A DNA stretch of 52,589 nucleotides from Chiloscyllium plagiosum (GCF_004010195.1 NC_057728.1:47210311-47262899), one strand, 5' to 3'. Shown: positions 38,488 through 52,015, counted from the first letter of the stretch. A program made the numbers and translations. The notes: generated by a model not told the origin, from the letters alone.

Positions 38488-39360
38488 CTCATGGCCATGT
38501 GGCCAAATTCGGCTGTAACCCCATTAAAAAATTTGTTGATAACACCACCATAGTGGGTTGGATCTTAAACAACAGATAGAGAGCTTACAGGCATGGTGTA
38601 AAGACAACAGTCTCTCACTCAATGTCGGCAAAATGAAGGAGTTGGTCATTGACATCAGAACATGGAGTGGAGGACACACCCCTGTCTGTATCAATGGTGT
38701 TGAGATGGTCGAAAGCTTCAAATCCCTCGGAGTAAGTATCACCAACGATCTGTCCTGATCCATCCACATCAATGCTACAGTCAAGAAAACACACCAACCA
38801 ATGTCTCTACTTCCTCAAAAAGCTAAGGTAATTTGGCATGCCCACAATGACTCTTACCCAATTTTTATAGATCCACCAAAGAAAGCATTCTAACCGGATA
38901 CATTACAGCGTAGTCTGGCAACTGCTCTGCCCAGGACCCCAAGAGATTACAGTGAGTTGTGAACACAGCCCGGTCGATCATGCAAACCAGCCCTCCTGCC
39001 ATTGATTCCTTCTATACTTCCACGTGCCTCAAGAAAGCAGCTAATATAATCTGAGACCCCTCCCACCCTGGTCATACTCTTTTCCACCCTCTTCCATCAG
39101 GCAGAAAATGTAAAAGTTTGAAAAGACATTAACAGATTCAAGAACAACTTCTTCCCCACTGTTATCAGACTTTTGAACAGACCTCTCATATATTAGAGTT
39201 AATCTTTCTCTGCACCTTCTCTGTAGCTGTGACACTACATTCTGCATTCTGTTCTATTACCCTGATGTACTTGTGTAAGCTATGATTGGCCTGGATAGCA
39301 TGCAAAACAATACTTTTCTCTGTATCTCAGTACATGTGACAATGATAGATCAAATCAAAC
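38488..39360 (+). mobile_element. Rex1/Babar-like LINE 3' fragment
   Basis: WCKDNSLSLNVGKMKELVIDIR...INGVEMVESFKSLGVSITNDLS; upstream KF.D.TTIVG; (aaatc)n tail. Confidence 0.7.
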
Positions 39361-39553
39361 GTTCAAAGGGACATATGACCTACTTCTGCCCCTGTTACCT
39401 ATGGTCTTACACAATTACAATTCAGATGATATTTCACCTGAAACAGAATCAAACGTTTTGATTTCATGCTTCTACAAGAATAAGTATTCTGTGCAAAGAC
39501 ATGTGTAGATTCATTTCAAATGAAGGTGATAGTCCCAGTTTTGAGAAGTGCAC

Positions 39554-39661
39554 CTGTTATGATCACTTGCCATCCATTCTGAAAGAAGTGACACAGCTTT
39601 CTCGTGGCAGAGGGCAATACCAAATTTACAAGCCAAGATAATGACTTTACGACGCAGTTCC
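39554..39661 (-). CDS. trhde: trhde coding exon (~exon 15), 108 bp
   Basis: ELRRKVIILACKFGIALCHEKAVSLLSEWMASDHN(R), cf. ELRREVIMLACSFGNKHCHQQASTLISDW; acceptor aaacag, donor AG|gtgcac. Confidence 0.92.
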
Positions 39662-41127
39662 CTGTTTGAAAAGAAAAGCAGGACTCAATGAAAATGCTTT
39701 CCACTGGTGCAAAGAGCTGATGAACTTTCAGAGGATCATTTGACAGCTGAGACATGTTAGACAGAAATCCTGAGGTTTTAACCAATGGTAAGATTGCTTT
39801 TGCCACTGAGACATCAAGTTGTGCTGCCAAACATACTCAGGCAAAGTCTTTACTGGAAAGCTTGAGCTGTCATCTGTACACTGCACATGACAAGTCTGCT
39901 TGTTTTAAAGATAAAATTTGAGTGCTGTCAGCAATTTTATTTATTTTCTTTTTTATTAAAGTTGCAAAGGCTTGATTCAAGCAAACTAGTTGTACCTTTT
40001 ATATAAGCTTTGTCTTCCTAGAATTGACAAGGATTCATTCATTGATCACTAGTAGCCCATAATAAAACTTCTCCACAATAGCTTATTACATAATCTTTAC
40101 TGACCTTGGATCAATAGAAGAGGAAAACATAAAGGAAGGTCACACGCAAATCTAATGAGTTCAGGGAAATTTTCAAAGAGACGAAGGGAGGCTTTCACTC
40201 ATTTGGTCTTGTCAGGAGACAGTCTGACACTTGACTAATTTGCACCACTGAACCTCATGAGAATTCCCACCGGCAGACTGTTGATAGTTTTCTTTGGAGT
40301 GGGGAAAGATGGGAGTTCATTGCTTTCAGTGTGGAACAATCCTGCTTAGAGCAAGTAAGATGCAGCAGGAAAGCAGTTGGAGTGAGTTCATTTTTGTGGA
40401 GCCTCTAGTTCTCAATACCTGAACCGTAGTCTGGATGAGGGGACCTTTTAAAGGGAAATGAACAAGGTCTTAGCAACACCACCCCTACACTCCCAACACC
40501 ATCACACCCCCCTCTCCCCCCCAATAACAGACTATGCATCTCGTGGCTCTTTGTACAATCTCTGCCACACGCTTGTTAGGAAATTTGGGGGAAAAAATAG
40601 TGTAAATCCTGGCTGTACTTTAAAATGTGAATGCCTCCTCTATTGACAAGAATTTTGCAATGTCACTCTGATATCTATATGTAACTGTCAGTGAATATTT
40701 TGATGTCCACTCTGCCATCAGATGGACAGGGCTGATGTGCATGTATTTGTCAGTAACCAGACAAGGGCAATCTACATCAGGAGCTTTCCAGATCTTGCAG
40801 TTCTAAACTAAACTGTCAGTGATAAGATTAACACCTTTCTCCCAGTCTCTTGGAAAGCATTACAAATAGTTAAAAGCAAAATCATCTATTTTAAGTGGAG
40901 TAAACAAAAACCATGACATTTGACCTCAAGCTTACCTGCTTTCAGTTACAGATGTTGGAAATTTATGGGAAATTACAACATGGCAATCAATACGAAGATA
41001 TCCAAACCTGAACAGATTCTGATTGAATACATTAAAGTCACTGCAAGCAAACTCAAAAGGCTTCATTTCAGGTTCAGTACAAAGCAAAACAAACAAAAAC
41101 AGATATTGCTAGATAAACTTAACAGTT

Positions 41128-43137
41128 AGAATATAGAACACTACAGCACAGTACAAGCCCTTCGGCCCTCGATGTTGCGCCACCCTGTGAAACCAATCTG
41201 AAGCCCATCTAACCTACACTATTACATCCTCATCCATATGCCTAGCCAATGACCATTTAAATGCCCCTAAAGTTGGTGAGTCTACAACTGTTGCAGGCAG
41301 TGCATTCCACACCCCTAATACTCTGAGTAAAGAAATTCCCTCTGACATCTGTCCTCTGACATCTATCACACCTCAATTTGAAGCTATGCCTCCTTTTGCT
41401 ATCCATCACCATCCTAGGAAAAAGGCTCTCACTGTCCACCCGATCTAACCTTCTGATTACCTTATATGTCTCAATTAAGTCACCTTTCAACCTTCTTCTA
41501 ACGAAAACAGCCTCAAGTGCCTCACCCTTTCCTCTTAAGACCTTCCCTCCATACTAGGCAATATCCTCGTAAATCTCCTCTGAATTGTTTCCAAAGTTTC
41601 CACATCCTTCCTATAATGTGGTGATCACAGCTGCATGCAATACTCAAAATGCGGTCGCACCAGAGTTTTGTACAGCTACAGCATGACCTCATGGTTCCGA
41701 AACTCGATCCTTCTACTAATAAAAGCGAACTGTATGCCTTCTTAATGGTCCTATCACCCTGGGTGGCAACTTTCAGGGATCTAAGTATATGGACACTGAA
41801 ATCTCTCTGCTCATCTACACTACCAAGAATCTTACCATTCGCCCAGTCCTCTGCATTCCAGTTACTCCTTCCAAAGTGAATCACCTCACACTTTTCTGCA
41901 TTAAACTCCATTTGCTACCTTTCAGCCCAGCTCTGCAGCTTATCTATGTCCCTCTGTAACCTACAACATCCTTCGTCACTATCCACATCTTTACTGACCT
42001 TAGTACCATTTTCAAATTTACTAACCCATCTTTCTACGCCCTCATCCAGGTCATTTATAAAAATGACAAACAGCAGTGACCCAAAACAGATCATTACGTT
42101 ACATCACTAGTAACTGAAATCCAGGATGAACATTTACCATCAATCACCACCCTCTATCTTCTTTCAGAAGCCAATTTCTGATCCAAACCACTAAACCACG
42201 CTCAATTCCATGCCTCCGTATTTTGTGCAGTAGCCCACCATGATCATAAAGATCAAAGCCAATCTCCTCCCTGGCTACCCAGAGAATCCTAGGATAAATT
42301 CCATCTGACCCAAGGGATTTATGTATTTTCACACTTCCCAGTATTTCTAATATCTCCTCCTTGTGAACCTCAATCCATCTAGTCTCGTAGTCTGATTCTC
42401 AGTATTCTCTTCGACAACATTGTCTTTTTCCAGTGTGAGTACTGATGAAAAATATTCATTTACTCCTTCCCCTATCTCCTCTGACTCCATGCAGAACTTC
42501 CCATTACTGTCCTTGATTGGCCCTAATCTTACTCTAGTCATTCTTTTATCCCTTATATATCCAAAGAAAGCTTTAGGGTTTTCCCTGATCCTATCCACCA
42601 ACAACGTCTCATGTCCCCTCCTCAATCATCTTAGCTCTATCTTCAGGTCTTTTCTGGCTACTTCTCAATTGCCCTAACTGAACCTTCACATCTCATCTTA
42701 ACATAAGCCTTCTTCTTCATCTTGACAAGAGATTCATCTTCCTTATTAAACCACACCTCCTGCACTCGACAACCTCCCCCCTGTCTGACAGGTACATACT
42801 TATCAAGGACACACAGTAGCTGTTCCTTGAATAAGCTCCACATTTCAATTGTGCCCATCCGATGCATCCTAAATCTTGTCTAATCGCATTGTAATTGCCT
42901 TTCCCCCAGCTATAACTCTTGCCCTCCGGTGTATACCTTTCCATCACTAAAGTAAACATAACTGAATTGTGATCCCTATCACCAAAGTGCTCACTTACCT
43001 CCAAATCTAACATCTGGCCAGGTTCATTACCCAGTACCAAATCTAATGTGTTCTTGCCCCTTGTTGGCCTGTGTCAGAAAACCCTCCTGCACACAATGGA
43101 CAAAAACTGACTCAACTAAAGTACTTGAATTATAGTA
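41128..43137 (-). mobile_element. CR1 LINE, 5'-truncated ORF2 with internal RT deletion
   Basis: LVLGNEPGQ..EHFGDRDHNSV; IRENPKAFFGYIR; EFNAEKCEVIHFG; deletion junction near 42240; (ttctat)n tail. Confidence 0.95.
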
Positions 43138-43139
43138 GT

Positions 43140-43300
43140 TTTGGCAGAATCCATGAAAAGAGAAACAGAGTTAATGTTTTGAGTCCAGTGACCCCTCTTC
43201 AGAACTGGACTCAGACACTGAATTTAGAAGTTTCTCCAGCAATTCCTGCTTCTCTTTGTTTCAGATCTCCAGCATCCACAGTTCTTTGTTTTATTTCTGA
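43140..43300. mobile_element. PLE terminal-repeat fragments in inverted arrangement
   Basis: Minus strand agttctgaagaggggtcactggactcaaaacattaac (GAAA mutated); plus-strand tail ctccagcatccacagttc. Confidence 0.65.
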
Positions 43301-43756
43301 GTACAAAGTGAACCATTTCCTATTGGTAACATACTGGTACAGAAATGCCATCCATTTGAAAATGTTCACATTTATCATATTAGCAAATAGTCACTTCATT
43401 TCATACTTGGTAATTCCAGGAAATTATTCCATTACTGACAAAGGAAGCTAAAACCATTGCCAGCAAGATCAATCCAACATGGAACCAATCTGCGAACTGA
43501 TCAGTAATGTTCGACTAACCTGTTCAATATAAATTATGTCCTTCAATTTCAGTTTTGTAACTCAATCACTAAGTGTTAGTGGCTCTCAGACATTGAATAT
43601 TGCAGTTGAACAATGACGTGTTAGTAATGTTCCATCAACAGCAGTGAAAATGACTGAGCAGCATGCACTGTTGAATTTACTACCACGAGGTCACCAAATG
43701 CTGAAAAGCTAATATATCTAGAACCAGCTATAAACTAGTCAAGTAAATGATTTAAC

Positions 43757-43854
43757 TCAGTCTGGTATGATGCTTGAACGACAGTACTATTCACTGCATC
43801 CTCAGGCCATCCCAATAGGTTGTATGCTGGTGCAACTTGCTGAAGAACATATTG
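43757..43854 (-). CDS. trhde: trhde coding exon (~exon 14), 98 bp
   Basis: QYVLQQVAPAYNLLGWPEDAVNSTVVQASYQT(E), cf. mammalian EYILKQVATTYIKLGWP...VQASYQHE; acceptor ctttag, donor GA|gttaaa; phases fit both neighbours. Confidence 0.9.
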
Positions 43855-45481
43855 CTAAAGGAAGAAAAACAGAATGAGAAGGTTTGTAAGATTTCGTCAA
43901 AGTAATTTTGTAATTTATCCAATACTAGAAATAATGCCAAATATCAGTAATGTGCAAGATTGTATCACATTTTATAAGTGGCATATCCCTTAGGGCTTAA
44001 TATCTTAAACAGTTATTGGACAAATCCACTTGTTTGGCATCCAAATCCTGCATCTGAAATCGCTCACATTTTTATGTGTCGCATGCAGAGATTATTTTTA
44101 GCAATTCTGGTCAGAGCCCAAGGTAAAAAAAACTCAGCAAAATTCCTGGTGGGTTGGAATTGGAGCTAAATCTAGGATTTGGTCCATCATTTTATTCAGT
44201 GTAATACCATTGTCTGGAAGGGGAGGAAGTCATGTATCTTCTGTCAGTTGATGGCAGATAAGTGGATTCCTGAGCTCCCCTGGGAATTCTACACAAGATG
44301 CATTCATCAGTGTTGGATTTGAAAAGAAGTTATATTTAGTATTTTTACATGAAAGTGGGTTTGTAGTTTAAAGGTTGTAACTACGATCATATACTGCAGG
44401 TGTCAAGACAAAGTAGAGTTTATAATGTTAATAAAAAGGTATTAATAATCCACATCTTAATCCACAACTACTTAAATCTCAAGCCTCCATATCTATTATT
44501 GTGAGATGCTCCTAATCAGCTGAACTCGGTAAAGGATGTTTGCCAAGAATGTATACATGACTGTAGTTGAACTTAGTTGCAGTCTCACTGGTGCATCACT
44601 GCATTGGGGAATAAACCTGAGGATGATCTCTCCCCAGTGGTCAGAGCTAACAAGAAACAAGAGCGTGTGTAATCCGATTTGACTTATTTTGGATAGAGGA
44701 GAAAACAAATAGAATGAACTTCCTCACTAAGAATGGATTAACTGCGGTGAGGGAGAGATGGTTGAATTCAGTATGAGATCCAACCAGAAACAGTGAAATG
44801 AATGACCAAACACTGGCAAAGTGGCATATTTTATCACATTATTTGTTGTGAGACATGATACAGAAACAAATTACATGTGCAAAGTGAGTGGTAGTTACTA
44901 CAATATAATTCTGTTCACATAACAACTGCAATTTAGACAAACTAGTTTGTGTGTCAGCTTTTGACCTCTTCCTCAACCTATGTTTAAAGGATTAGAGAAA
45001 TGCACATGAGGAGCTATCTGAAAGGTACAATATCCTCTTGAGGTCATAAGATAATTACATGGAAACACCTTTCCAAGTCAGACTGTCATATTTTGATGTT
45101 AAGAATATTCAGGCCCATTCCTCAACATAAGCTACAAGGACCACTGATGGGATTTTACTCCAACCTGCCACTGAATGGCCAAGGGCTGGCAGGACGCAAC
45201 TACATCTATCAGTAGGCAGTGATGTGGCACTACCAGGTGGAGTTCCTGAGCCTGCGTGCTCCTTACACCATCTAGAGGTGGCGCTTCCTATAAAACACAG
45301 CCTTTCAAGTTAGGATTGTTAATCACTTGGCAAAAGAATTAAATTGTTCAATTTATAATTGTCATTTAACATTCCATTTTAAAATTATCACTTAGTCATG
45401 GCACTAACTGCCAAACTACATTGCAGATATTTTTCCAACAAAGACATGAATCTATCTTAAAATCGAAGATTAAACTCTTAC

Positions 45482-45629
45482 ACTAAAAATGTTGTATTCC
45501 TTGTTCCGATCCACCAACTTGTCCAGGTGAAGTAGCACATTACTTGCAGCATGCCATGGAAGAAACTCTTTTTCCTTAGAAAGGTATTGTATAATCTCGA
45601 GGGGAATATTCTGTGGTAAATAGCCAGCT
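45482..45629 (-). CDS. trhde: TRH-degrading ectoenzyme internal coding exon (~exon 13), 148 bp
   Basis: Manual translation (R)AGYLPQNIPLEIIQYLSKEKEFLPWHAASNVLLHLDKLVDRNKEYNIFS matches recalled mammalian TRHDE AGYLPQNIPLEIIRYLSEEKDFLPWHAAS; acceptor ttag, donor gtaaga; phase 2 in, phase 0 out. Confidence 0.95.
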
Positions 45630-46726
45630 CTAAGGCAAACACAGAAGGTCAGTCAGGGACAAATTAGGAAGAGCTCATGAAAACTTGAGCAATGTTTTTC
45701 TAAGTATACTAATTGTATTAAACCATCTTGTGTTCCGAATCATTCTCAGGCAAAGAGCATGGTAAAATACTAATCTAATAAAATGAGGAAACTGCATCAA
45801 TCTCAAATCCCTTCAAACTGCACAATCAGCCAATGAATCTTCTGCCTCTCTTGCGTGTATACAGACTACACCTTTTCATTTCTCACACTGGGATGTAGGT
45901 TGGAATCTCAAAGCATTGAGTGTCCTGACAATGGAGCAGGAAGGCTTAAGTTGGCAGGATATCCAAATATTCATGGATGCAGTGGCCACCAGTTATGCAA
46001 TGAGGGTGATTATAGAATGAGAGCCTTGCCATTACCTTACACAGTCAAAAGTCAAAGGCCTGCCATTTAAAATGGGCACCCAATAGGTGTTTGCTCAATG
46101 CAAGCCAGCAGCGTTAGTCTAGCTATCTGAGTGGGTAAGACTCTTACAACCTTCAATCACCTGTTAACATTCTTACCACATGACCATTTTCAAAAAGGAG
46201 TTAGATATAGTTCTTAGGGCTAAAGGGATCAGAGAGTCTGAGGAGAAAGAGGAAACCGTGTACTGAGATGGATGATCAGCCCCGGTGGAGGTGGCTCAAA
46301 GGGACAAATAGCCGACATTTGTTCCAACTACTGTATTTCTATCCTCTTTGCTCAACTTCCATTCATTCTAAAGCTGCAAGTCATCTCCATTGAGCTGCAC
46401 CCTGGACTTGTTTCCCACCCCACCCCTTGACTTGCCATTCATCATTATCAAACCACTGACACTACTTATGTTACCCTCAACTGTAAAGAGCTCAATGACC
46501 TTCAGTTTACCTTGACCCCTTATCTGTGTAGATTAGCTTCCTTCCTCTGTGCCTGAGCCTTCACAGGTTCACCTCCTCCTCTCTGTCAACCATGACCCAA
46601 TCGCCTTACATTGCTGTTACCTGATCTCAATGCATCAATGTTTGTGGAATACCGTGTGCCATTTAGGTGTCCATATTTAAGAAAGGATACATTACATTGG
46701 AGATGGTACAGTGAAGGTTCATAAAA

Positions 46727-49056
46727 TTGTAGATAGGCCAACAAGAGGCAAGGCCACATGAGATTTGGTACTGGGTAATGAACCAGGCCAAGTGTTAGAT
46801 TTGGAGGTAGGTGAGCACTTTGGTGATAGTGATCACAATTCAGTTACGTTTACGTTAGCAATGGAAAGGGATAGGTATATACCATTGAACAAGACTGACA
46901 GCTGGGGGAAAGGCAATTATCATGTGATTAGGCAAGGTTTAGGATGCATAGGATGAGGAAGGAAACTGCAGGGAATGGACACAATTGAAATGTGGAGCTT
47001 ATTCAAGGCACAGCTACTGCGTGTCCTTGATAAGTGTGTACCTGTCAGGCAGGGAGGAAGTGGTCGAGTGAGGGAACAGTGGTTTACTAAAGACGTTGAA
47101 GCTCTTATCAAGAGGAAGAAAGAGGCTTATGTAAAGATGAGATGTGAGGACTCAGTTAGGGAGCTTGAGAGTTACAAGTTAGCCAGGAGAGGTCTAAAGA
47201 GAGAGCTAAGAAGAGCTAGGAGGGGACATGGGACATCGTTGGCAGCTAGGATCAAGGAAAACCCTAAAGATTTCTGTAGGTATGTCAGGAATAAAAGAAT
47301 GACTAGAGTAAGATTAGGGCCAGTCAAGAATAATAGTGAGAAGTTATGCGTGGAATCTGAGGATATAGGAGAGGTGCTAAATGAATATTTTTCATCAGTA
47401 TTCACACCGGAAAAACACAATGTTGTCGAGGAGAATACTGAAAGTCAGGTGATTAGACTAGACAGGATTGAGGTTCATAAGGAGGAGGTGTTGGCAATTC
47501 TGAAAGGTGTGAAAATAGATACATCCTCTGGGCTGAATGGGATTTATCATCGGATTATCTGGGAAGCTAGGGAGGAGATGCAGAGCCTTTGGCTTTGATC
47601 TTTACGTCATCATTGTCTACAGGAATAGTGCCAGAAGACTGGAGGATAGCAAATGTTGTCCCCTTGTTAAGAAGGGGAGTAGAGACAAATCTGGTAATTA
47701 TAGATCAGTGAGCCTTACTTAGGTTGTGGATAAAGTGTTGGAAAAGATTATAAGAGATAAGATTTATAATCACCTAGAAAGGAATCATTTGATTAGGCAT
47801 AGTCAAGACGGTTTTGTGAAGGGTAGGTCGTGCCTCACAAACCTTATTAAATTATTTGAGAAGGTGACCAAACAGGTGGATGAGGCTAAAGAGGTTGATG
47901 TGGTGTATATGGATTTCAGTAAAGTGTTTGATAAGGTTCCCCATGGTAGGCTATTGCAGAAAATACAGGAGCATGGGATTGAGGGTGATTTAGCGGTTTA
48001 GATCAGAAATTGGCAAGCTGAAAGAAGACAAGGAGTAGTAGTTGATGGGAAATGTTCATCTACTAGTGGTGTACCACAAGGAACTGTTCTGGGGCTACTG
48101 CTGCTTGTCATTTTCATAAATGATCTGGATGAGGGTGTAGAAGGATGGGATAGTAAATTTACGGATGACACTAAGGTCACTAAGGGAGTTGTGGACAGTG
48201 TGGAAGGATGTTGCAGGTTTCAGAGGGACATAGATAAGCTGCAGAGCTGGGCTGAGAGGTGGCAAATAGAGTTTAATGCGGAATAGTGTGAGGTGATTCA
48301 CTTTGGAAGAGATAATAGGAATACAGAGCACTGGGCTAATGGGAAGGTTTTGGGCATAGTGGATGAGCAGAGGTATCTCGGTGTCCATGTGCATAGATCC
48401 CTGAAAGTTGCCATCCAGGTTGATGGGGTTGTTAAGAAGGCGTATGGTGTGTTATCTTTTATTGATAGAGGGATTGAATTTTGGAGTCTTGAGATTCTTT
48501 TGCAGCTGTCCAAAACTCTGGTGCAGCCGCACTTGGAGTATTGCGTATAGTACTGGTCGCCACATTATAGGAAGGACTGCGGAAGCAGAGTGGTGCAGAG
48601 GAGATTTACTCGGGTGTTTCCTGGTATGGAGGGAAGGTCTGATGAGGAAAGGCTGAGGGACTTGAGGCTGTTTTCATTACAGAGAAGAACATTAAGAGGT
48701 GACTTTGCAGAGACATACAAGATGATCAGAGGTTTAGACAGAGTGGACAGTGAGAGCCTTTTTCCTCGGATGGTGATGGCTAGCATGAGAGGACATAGCT
48801 TCAAATTGAGGGGTGATAGATATATGACAGATGTCAGATGTAGGTTCTTTACTCAAAGAGTAGTAAGGCCGTGGAATGCCCTACCTGCAACAGTAGCAGA
48901 TTTGCCAACTTTAAGGGCATTTAAATTGTCATTGGATAAACATATGGTCGATAATGGAATAGTGTAGGTTAGATAGGTTTCAGATTGGTTTCACAAGTCG
49001 GTGCAACATCCAGGGCAGAAGGGCCTGCACTGTCTGTAATGTTCTATGTTTCTATA
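46727..49056 (+). mobile_element. CR1 LINE, 5'-truncated ORF2 (same subfamily as 41128-43137)
   Basis: ORFs 46765-48967: GNYRSVSLT, QDGFVKGRSCLTNL, VYMDFSKVFDKVPH, WNALP; (ttctat)n tail. Confidence 0.95.
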
Positions 49057-50356
49057 TTGGATAACCTTCAACAAGGTTCCACATGGTAGACTGGTCAGTA
49101 AAGTTAGATCAAATGAGTGCTATCCAATTGGATACAAAGTTGGCTTGATGATAGAAGATAGATGGTGGTGGTAGAGGATGGTTTTTCAGACTGAGGCCAG
49201 TGACCAGTGGTCTTCCACATGGATCAATGCTGGATACACTGTTGTTTGTCTGACTAGAAGGTGCCTGACTAGAAGTTCACACGTACTGATAAGATGCTAG
49301 CAGCCTGAGCAACCAAAATTCTTTTGGAAGAGACAGTAATTGGATGCAGCTAACTAAATCTGTAGTCAGCTCTGTTCATCCAGCCTTTTCTATATTGACT
49401 ATAAACTCTGCAACTTTTAAAGTTGAGACACATATAAATGACATAGATGACTGTGAGGAATTGGATTAGTAAGTTTGTGGATGATGCAAAGATTGGTCAG
49501 GTGGTTAACAGTGAGGTTGAGTGTCTTGAGCTACAAGAATATATGAACGGGATGGTCAAATGGGCAGCAGACGGGATTTAACCCTGAAAAGTGTGAGGTG
49601 ATACACATTAGGAATAATTTGACAAGGAAGTATTTAATAAATGGTATTACACTAAGATATTCGATGGAAAAAGGGACCTTGAAATCTTTGTCCATACATC
49701 TATGAAGGCAGACGACAGTAGGGTGGTGAATAGTGTATATGTGACACTTGTCTTTATCAATCGAGGCCTAGATTACAAAAGCAGTGAAGTTGTGTTGAAG
49801 TTGTACAGAACTTTATTGAGACCACAGCTAGAGTACTGTGTGCAGTTGAGGTACTACATTACAGGAAGCACATGATTGCACTGGAGGGGCTGCAAAGGAG
49901 ATTCATCAGGATGCTGCCAGGGATGGAAAATTTAAGTTATGAGGAAACGTTGGATAGGCTTAGGTTGTTTTCATTGGAGCAGAGAAGTCTAAGGGATGAT
50001 CTGATTGAGGTGTACAAGATTATGAGGGGCATGGACAAAGATGCTAAGGAGCTGCCGTTGCCCTAGTTGAAGGGTCGGTCACGAGGGGACACAGGTTCAA
50101 AGTGAGAGGCAGAAAGTTTAGGAGGCAGGTGAGGAAAAACCATTTTCCCCAGAGGATGGTGATGGTCTGGAATGCACTGCAGGGGAGGGTGGTGGAGGCA
50201 AATTGCCTCACATCTTTTGAAAAGATCGCGAATGAGCACTTAGTACATCATAACAACATAAGGCTATGGGCCAGGTGCTGGTAAATGGAATTAGGTTGAA
50301 GGTCAGGTGTTTCTCATGTGTTGGGTGCAGACTGAATGTATGATTCTATGATTCTA
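49057..50356 (+). mobile_element. Older CR1 LINE RT fragment (interrupted ~49250-49430)
   Basis: FNKVPH-like start; ALEGLQRRFIRMLPG...LRDDLIEVYKIMRG; (tgattcta)n tail. Confidence 0.85.
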
Positions 50357-50972
50357 AGATCTGCACAACAAATTCCAAAGTGAGAAAGATTCAGACCTGA
50401 AGCCATTTTCTTAACATAGCCTTGGCAAGATTAATGTTCTGTACATGGAGGGTACTAATTCAAAGAGGCCCTGCAATTAGATGAGTGGACAACAAATGCG
50501 GGAATACTCAACACCACCATTTGAACTGAAGTGAAGACTCAAACAGTCGAGAAATGTCAAACAAATGCATTTAGTATTCCTATATCACTTGGCATAAATT
50601 CAGGATTGCAAAGTGATTCTGCAGTTGAACTGTAGTTTTCCTCCAATTTACAATTAATGTGACAACAGCATTGCCAATGACAACATAAAACTGAATTATA
50701 CTTACTTGCTATATAACTCATCTTTAATTTAAGTTACCCCTTGAAAGGGTTACCTACAAAGTAAACCTTAGGCTAACTAATTGATGAGTTACACAGACAG
50801 AATTAGAAATAGCAAAACAAAAAAGCTTTTAAAAGCTGATTGAGATACTATATACAATATTCATGGTCAAAGCTGTAGCTGCAGGGTAAAAATTGTACTC
50901 CTGGTGCAATGGTAGCAACCATGAGTTCAGGTCTCACCTGCTCCAGAGATGTGTAATACTAACTCTGAATAA

Positions 50973-51709
50973 TGTTATGAAGTTGAAGGTGTGTATTGTG
51001 CCTTTAGAGAGAGTGAATACTGTTTTGCACTGAGACCTCATAAGCACCTGTAATATGACTAACTAGCAATCTCAGAGTGTACTGGAAAATTGAAAATTTG
51101 TAATGTTTAGCTGTGGAATAGATACCTGAGTTGGTTGCTGTTTTGACAACAATTTGATTTAACCAATCGGTTTAAATTATGCCTCAGGATACTAAGACCC
51201 AATCAAGTTTGAATTTATTGTTTTTCCAATATTGAACCAATGATCCAATGTTGGGGAGATAGAAAAGGCAGGCATTTTGAAAGTCAGACAGAGTAATTGC
51301 CAATGAAACACTGTCTATCAAATGTACCTTTTAATATAAAAAATATTTGCAGTGAAAGAAAGATGATGACCAAGGGAGATCTTCAGCTGGAAGAAGAGAG
51401 ACACTGATGATGACAGCAGCTGTATGGTTTTGAAATTAAGTTGCTGTAATTTTAATAAGTGTTTTATTGGAACAGTATATTATTATAGAGTTGGAGGCAT
51501 ATAATAAGCAGTTAAGAGAAAGGGGGTCTTAGAGTCATGAATAGTTGGTGTTTAATGTTCACTTTTAAAATTAAGGAATACACTGATTTTTTTTAAGTGG
51601 TAGAATTTGGGAGTTGTCTGTCCCTCATATTTTAAGAGATTACAAGGCAAGTTGAGCTTTTCTGGGTGTTCAGTTTAATTAACAGAAGGGTTCATGCCGT
51701 GTTGTAACA
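50973..51709 (+). mobile_element. Solo LTR (~737 bp) inserted in a short SINE-like repeat
   Basis: tgttatga...ttgtaaca; flanks ataa/atag (4-bp TSD, one mismatch); homologous to 21294-22035. Confidence 0.8.
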
Positions 51710-52015
51710 ATAGGCTGATTTAAAAACAAAATAAAAGATATGTTCCACAGGAGAAATGAACCAGTGTAGCTAAAATTGAGTTTTATATATTAGGAAGAGT
51801 AAAAGCTTCTCACATTCTAAATAATCACAGTGCTTAATGCACAGACAAATACAGCACAAAGTTCCTGCAGCAAAACCATCATTTTATTTGTCTTAAATCA
51901 GTGGAAAGTAAAATACTAATAATCCATATTGCACAGCACAACAAACAACACCAATGCAATTCATACTACACTGGCAAGTTGCTTTTCAAACCCCCATTAA
52001 CAGATTTCAATTTAT

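Noticed and set aside
39662..43756. U12-type intron as explanation for the odd donor
   Set aside because: No GTATCCTT donor or TTCCTTAAC-type branch point.
50411..50460. Candidate upstream trhde exon (NLAK-like)
   Set aside because: Lacks the expected NRAGLIDDAF motif and a GT donor; exon 12 appears to lie outside the window.
21294..51709. One giant LTR element bounded by the two LTRs
   Set aside because: LTRs are diverged, the second has its own TSD, and the interval contains intact host exons.
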